This document shows, piece after piece, positions 46,776 through 52,665 of a stretch of DNA of 52,665 nucleotides (position 1 is the first letter of the stretch; the number at the start of each line of letters is the position of its first letter). The notes below the pieces were generated by a model. That model had not been told where the DNA came from, ran no database searches, and saw only the letters and a program-made list of their open reading frames with translations. The stretch lies in the NCBI RefSeq assembly GCF_001194135.2, contig NC_068981.1, positions 36,717,442-36,770,106 on the forward strand. Reading direction: 5' to 3'. The DNA comes from Octopus bimaculoides. Taxonomy: Eukaryota. The position numbers and the translations under genes were made by a program.

Positions 46776-46925
46776 ATAAGATGCAGGCATAAGTGTGTGT
46801 GGTTAAGAGGCTTGCTTCACAACCACATATTTCTAGGTTCAGTCCCACCTTGGGTAAATGTCTTCTACTATGGCCTCAGGTTGATTGAAGCAGATTTGGT
46901 AGACAGAATCTGAAAGAAGCTCATC
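46776..46925 (+). mobile_element. SINE family D 5' module, followed by (TA)n and the start of the 3' module
   Basis: GTGTGTGGTTAAGAGGCTTGCTTCACAACCACAT...GGTTCAGTCCCAC...GATTTGGTAGACAGAATCTGAAAGAAGC. Confidence 0.8.
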
Positions 46926-49900
46926 ATATATATATATATATATATATTATATATCTGTGTGTATGTGTTTGTCTGTTTGTCCTCCACTTCATAGCACAAT
47001 GAACTTGTATATTTATCACAAAAAATCTGGATTATTTTTCACCAGATGTGATTCACATTTTAAGAGATAATGATTGATTAAATTCACTACAGTACATTGT
47101 CCTCATCAAAGTAGATTCTTTAACATATAAATAGATTTATTTTCTGATGCTGGTGCTAAAGAAAAGACTGATGTCTTATTCTTGTAACATACTGGAGTCT
47201 GGATGAGTTCAAATACAACAGATAATGAATGGAAATAGAATGAACAATATTCTACTCTGGTGTTAAAACCTAATCTTTCTATGAAAATAGTTAATAAAAA
47301 ATATGCTGCCTGCCTTGTCTGACTGAGAAATGTAATATTTTCATGAACACTTTTTAATTACTGAACAAAATTCAAAATGTGATATCAAAGTGAAAACAAA
47401 AATAGGAATTTTTTCAAAAATATTCCACCTACAAACAGAAAAATACCTACACTTAGTGGTACTAGACAGTACTACAATCATGACAGAGCAGAAATCTTAA
47501 GTTTCCACACACTAACAACCACTTCTTTTGGATCAGCATTTAACATTTTGCCAATATGATTATAAAAGAATTATAACAACAAATTATTCAGACTGTATTT
47601 TGTTAAAATCCAGCTGATATTGGGAAGTAATAGAGTTGTCTTCTACAGGAAAGGTTGTACATCTGACATTATAATCCTATATTTGTGGCTGTCTTAGACG
47701 GTTATAGAAACTATTTCTGAACTCTGAGAATGGAGAGCATTTTTCATTGTGAATTCTTTATTGCTTGTGCTTCCATGATATAACACGTCTTTATTCAATA
47801 AATGCTGTTATGGGCTTTCCCTTTTTTTGTAAGATATCCTGTTGTGTGTTTATTTGATAATATTCGGAATTTTTCTTTTGCAATGAAGGTTTCACTGGAA
47901 TTTCAAGCAAGATATAACAAAGAAAATTATCTAGAATTGTATAACTTCCACATATCAGAAAAGAAATTCTCACACAGCCATGTCAGAAGGTACACAATTA
48001 CAATATCATGAGAGAAGTTACTTATCATATATTACTATATTATAGGATATTGCAGAAGTTACCACTCAATATACGAATTAATAAATTCTGTGTATGCAAA
48101 CATAATTGAAAATCTTAGCTGACCAAATCAATAAGATGCATACCTGTTTCTCAAGGGGTCAATAGTTCATTTCCTGTCAGAACATTATGCTTTATCTATG
48201 GACAAAACACTTACCTCTCACTGGTTTAATTAATCTAGCTGTAGATAAGTATCATGATGGAACTGTAAGCAAAATGAATATACTGACAAGTATTTCATTA
48301 ACTTGCAATGCTGACTTATAAATCGTACCATAGATATATGACAATAAATAGGCTCCATTAGGTCGACTTGTATTAGATACACTTCAAGAAAATGAAATTA
48401 CAGTTGGGGGTTTGACAAATAAATTATGTTTAAGACAACTACCATATATATAAAAAATTGTTGGGTTCACTTTTGAAGAGAATGCTTGTAGCTTAAAACT
48501 GGAGTCATATGATTTCAATTCCTGCTTATATGCACTCCTGTAACAACAAGACTAAAATAAATTTAGAGAGAGAATATGAAAAATGAAACACAACCCTTTA
48601 GGATTTTTTTTGTTTTTTTTTTGTACATCCAATTCATTTTATCATCAAATCAAATACTAAACATTCAAAATTCACAATACTGAAATGTTTTTATATTTTC
48701 TTGCTGGAGAATGAATCTCAGGGGTTATACTTCATGCAGCATGGACAAATAATGCTAACTCAGTTCAGACATTTTCAAGCTCTCATTTGAGTTCATGAGA
48801 GCTAATGTTCATTATCTATAGAGTGCAAATGTCCATATTCTGTAGCACTATAGGTTATTCATTCACAATATCAAGACAAGTGGAGTTAAAGGAATTCCGG
48901 TAAGTTAACAAAGTGCTGCCTGGGAATTATGTTTCATTTTGCAACAGACTATTTATGTTTTAAACATACTAATATATCTCAATGTAAGAAATTTAAAAGA
49001 TGTTCATGGATGACATAACATAAAGTATGTTTACACTAGCATGAAATGATATGACCCAGGTTACTACAAAATAAATGATGTATATACACAATAAAAAGTA
49101 TACTGGAAAATAGTAAATATAATTATCTAACAGGACTTACTTACAATAAAGACACCAGTAATATTATCAGAATCAATATTACAAGTAGAGTTTTATGATT
49201 TAAAAAGAGTTGAAATTGCTGAGGTATTTGCCATTCCAATGAACAATGATAGAAGTGCATCTAGTCATAAGTGCTATATACTTTCTGAAAAAAATATTGA
49301 ACTTGTCCACCTTTAGTTTTCCTCTTCTTTGTTTTCATATTTTCCCCCTTCTCATTCATTTTTTTGATCAGGATATTATCTTCAAGTCAAGTCTTGTAAA
49401 ATGAAATATAACTGTAATGTATTTTCTGCTCAGGTGTGTATTTTTTAGTCACTTCTTTTAATAACTCCTCAGGCATGAAGTGTGAATGTTTGCAACTTTT
49501 CTATCAGGTAAAATGAGGAGTAAATATTTTTAAAGTCAGTTATTTTTTCATACCAAACCACCTTATGAAATGTATGCAAGTAGTGTATATTTTTCATGTA
49601 GAAGTGTAATAAGGGTTGCATAAATGAACTGTGTATGCCTGTAGCAATGCATTAAACATTCTTTGTGAAAGTATAGTGTATGTAAGTGTACACAGATGAA
49701 AACGGGTGCCTAGTGAATATGTATGCATTCACGTTTGCAAGTGTATGTATATACACACATGCATATATTCATATATACACACACATCACACATTGTGAGT
49801 GTATGTATTGGCATGATTCTGAAGTGTGTTGGGGAGTGTAGGGGAGTGGTTTGAGCTATTAATTCACAAACTGTTCTGTTACTACTGCTTCAGTTTCCAT

Positions 49901-50229
49901 ACCAAAACCTTGACAGTTTCAATGACATTATAACGCCTGTTCTTGGAATTTAATGTCTAAACAGTTGGGAGTAACTAATTCTAGAAATCACATGGTTAAC
50001 ACTTCAGTAGAAGCCAATTCCATAGACTTTGTCCAGGGTGAGTGTGTGAGGGAGAAAGGTGGTAAGTTAGATTGACACTTAGCAAGAAATTATGGAAAAA
50101 GGTAACGAGGTGAAGTTTGTGTAAAGCAAATTTACGATATAATAAAGATATAGTCAGAAGAGATGTGCTGCAAAGGGATTGTATGCACACATGCATGTAT
50201 GTATGTATGTATGTATGTCAGTTTGAGGT

Positions 50230-51200
50230 GGGGGTAGCAAATGAGATGGGCATAAGAAATGGTGAAAAGCGGTCCAGTGAAAAGGAAGAAGAGTGTAGAA
50301 GTGGGAAATATTAGGAAAGGGTAAGCAAAAAGTGAATAAGATGAATACAAGTTTAATAGAGGAATAATAAATTGTATATGGAGAAAGTGGGAGCAAAAAT
50401 ACTAATGATATATAGAGAGGGTGAAGGAGAAGAGTAAGAAGAGAATAATATAGTGAGAGGATGACGAAAAAATCAAAGAATGACATAACTAATCAGGGGG
50501 AGGAAGAAAAGAAGAGACAGAGTGAAGGAAAAAAAAGGAAAAGGGAGTAAATGACTAAGAGAAAAGAGTGAGGAGAACTAGGAAAGAAAATCAGAAATTG
50601 ATGTAAGAATGGAAAGAAAAAGCAGTGGAGAGAAGAAGAATGTTGAAAAAGTGGAAGAAATTAAGAGATGAAGAGTAAGTTAAATAAGTGATTATTAGAC
50701 TGGACTGAAAGTATGATCAATAAAGAGAGAGAGAGGGAGAGTGTTTGTGTGTGTGAGAGAGAGAGGTTTAGAGAAAGGAAGAATGAGATAGAGAAGAATG
50801 ATTGGAAAAGGAATTAGCTAAAGACAAGTACAGAAAGAAAAGATTTGTGAGTTATCAGAGAAAGAGAATGAAGGAAATGGAAAAGAAGATTTATAGATTG
50901 GTGTACGAAAAAGAATCAAAATTTTTGAAGAAAAAGACTTAGGATGAGAAAAGCATGGAGTTAAGGGAATGGAAGGAGAGAGAAATAATGAGATAAATGA
51001 AATATAAAGTGAAAAATTTGAGAAAGAAATAAATGAGCTAAGAAANNNNNNNNNNNNNNNNNNNNNGGTGGGAAAGAGAGATTGAATAAATGAGACACAG
51101 TGAGAGTGAGAATAAAGAGAAGAATTTATTTACAGGAACAGACAAATGTGTGTGGCTGGTGAATGAAGTAGCTAAAAGAAAGAAAACTGACAAGAAAATG
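50230..51200 (+). repeat. purine-rich (GA-rich) low-complexity tract
   Basis: Strong strand asymmetry of A/G with no consistent reading frame. Confidence 0.7.
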
Positions 51201-52299
51201 TAGAATGTGTGAATACACAACTGAAAGCCAATGAAATTAAATGGAAGGGTTATGGGGAAAATTATATAGTTATATAATGAGCAGGCTTCTGTCCAGTTTT
51301 GACTAACTTATTGCAATGTCTTCATACACGGCTTGGAGGAAAAAGAAATCTCTACCCATACCAGTCCTCTTCTCACACCCATCAACTTCCTTATGTGTCT
51401 ATGACCAACAACACAACCAAAATCATCTCAAGCCAGCTAAACCTTCATACATCAGCATCATAATGACATATGCAATAATGCCCAGTTCTTTTTGAAGATG
51501 CTAATTTTTCTATTCTGATTGGCACTGTCAATTAATAATAAGTTGCAGGCTGACCTTTGGTGTATGTCAGCCAAATTGAGCCAGTGGGCTTTAAACAGTA
51601 AAATGTCACTTGGGGTGAACTGTCAGAAAGCTATATCATATTTTGAGATTAAGGGTTAACTGAAAAGGTCTTTGGGCTATGAAACCTTTTGTAAGCTTCC
51701 GCTGTGATTCTTATTTTCATTTTTGACCCTTTCTTTAAATAACTATATGTATTGCCCACCCACAGTTGATCTAATTTCATATGTGTTTGTAGTGATTTAA
51801 TAGTGGCAAGGAGAGGGCAAAGTAATGAGAAGATTCTTACACTTTTAGTTTCAAACAATATTATATATTTTGATGGTATCTTTGACTAACTGGCAAACAA
51901 GCAACCTTTTGTTTCCAAAGAAAGACTATTATTGTTCATCACATACTATAAATACTTTCATTCTGGCTGAAACAATCAAATAACATGAATGAAATTAAAA
52001 ATAAATTATACATACAGATTAGCTGTGTGTGTTAATGGAGAAAAGGATAGATAGAGAGAGGTAAAGAGGGGTGATATAAGGGTAAAGAAGAAAGAAATTA
52101 TGTGTTTGCACACACATACATAGACACACATATATATGCATATATACATATATGTATGTATGAATGCATGTTTGTATGTATGAAATATATGCATGTATGT
52201 ATGTATGTATGTATGGATGTATGTATGTATGTATGTGCATGTGTATGTATGTAAAAGCATTTGAATTGAAAAATCTGAAAAAAGATATTTAATACAAAT

Positions 52300-52460
52300 G
52301 GTGAAGGTAGCAAAGTGACAAAGCCAGTGGATAGAATGCCTTTTGATATTTGTTTTAGCTCTCTGCATTCTGAGTTCAAATTCTGCCTATGCCAATTTTA
52401 CCCTTTATCATTCTGAGGTCCATAAATAAACTACTACTCAAGTACTGGATTTATTTTTCA
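52300..52460 (+). mobile_element. SINE family C degenerate copy
   Basis: CATTCTGAGTTCAAATTCTGCC...CCTTTATCATTCTGAGGTCCATAAATAAA...AAGTACTGG. Confidence 0.6.
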
Positions 52461-52665
52461 TCTCTCTTACTTTCTTTCTTCCTATCTCTTTCTCTATTCT
52501 CCCTTCTCTCTAAATCAACAAAATGAAGGGGTCAAGGAAGTAGAATTCACATTGTAGCCCCTGCAATTCTTTCACCTGCTAGATTTACTATCATGCAACT
52601 GAGCTGGAGGAAGTAGACTAGGTGTCTTGGTATATATACACACACACACAAGGATATATATATAT

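Noticed and set aside
47885-47991. Plus-strand candidate exon VSLEFQARYNKENYLELYNFHISEKKFSHSHVRR
   Set aside because: Moderate splice sites, very AT-rich, no partner exon or recognisable homology.
1643-52379. Most listed ORFs with poly-N/S/I/T/V/Y or HT/YI/CV dipeptide runs, and ORFs spanning X runs
   Set aside because: They are read-through of microsatellites or N gaps, with no coding signature.

Overview
This is AT-rich, repeat-dense eukaryotic intergenic or intronic DNA with six assembly gaps. The mix of repeats (RTE LINEs with (GAT)n tails, several tRNA-derived SINE families, mariners, very dense AAT/AC/ATAG/ATAC microsatellites) looks like an octopod cephalopod genome; this is inferred from pattern recognition, not a database hit. 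I could not identify any host protein-coding gene. Nearly all listed ORFs are microsatellite read-through or transposon fragments, and a few minus-strand exon candidates are reported at low confidence. The most interesting signal is a set of Penelope-like (PLE)-type minimal type I hammerhead ribozyme motifs in at least three unrelated short elements. (1) An intact canonical core at 17942-18025. (2) A CUGUUGA variant at 14155-14191. (3) A composite at 11785-12246 made of a tRNA-like head, (AAT)n and a hammerhead-bearing body, joined to an inverted copy of the body and flanked by an 11-13 bp direct repeat. The composite suggests a tRNA-headed SINE that carries a ribozyme and is mobilised by Penelope-like machinery. 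Other notable items are an (ATT)n-anchored array of five retroposons, a 115-bp MITE filled with TTAGGG repeats, and a bipartite RTE derivative. Boundaries of degenerate repeats are approximate (about +/-20 bp).
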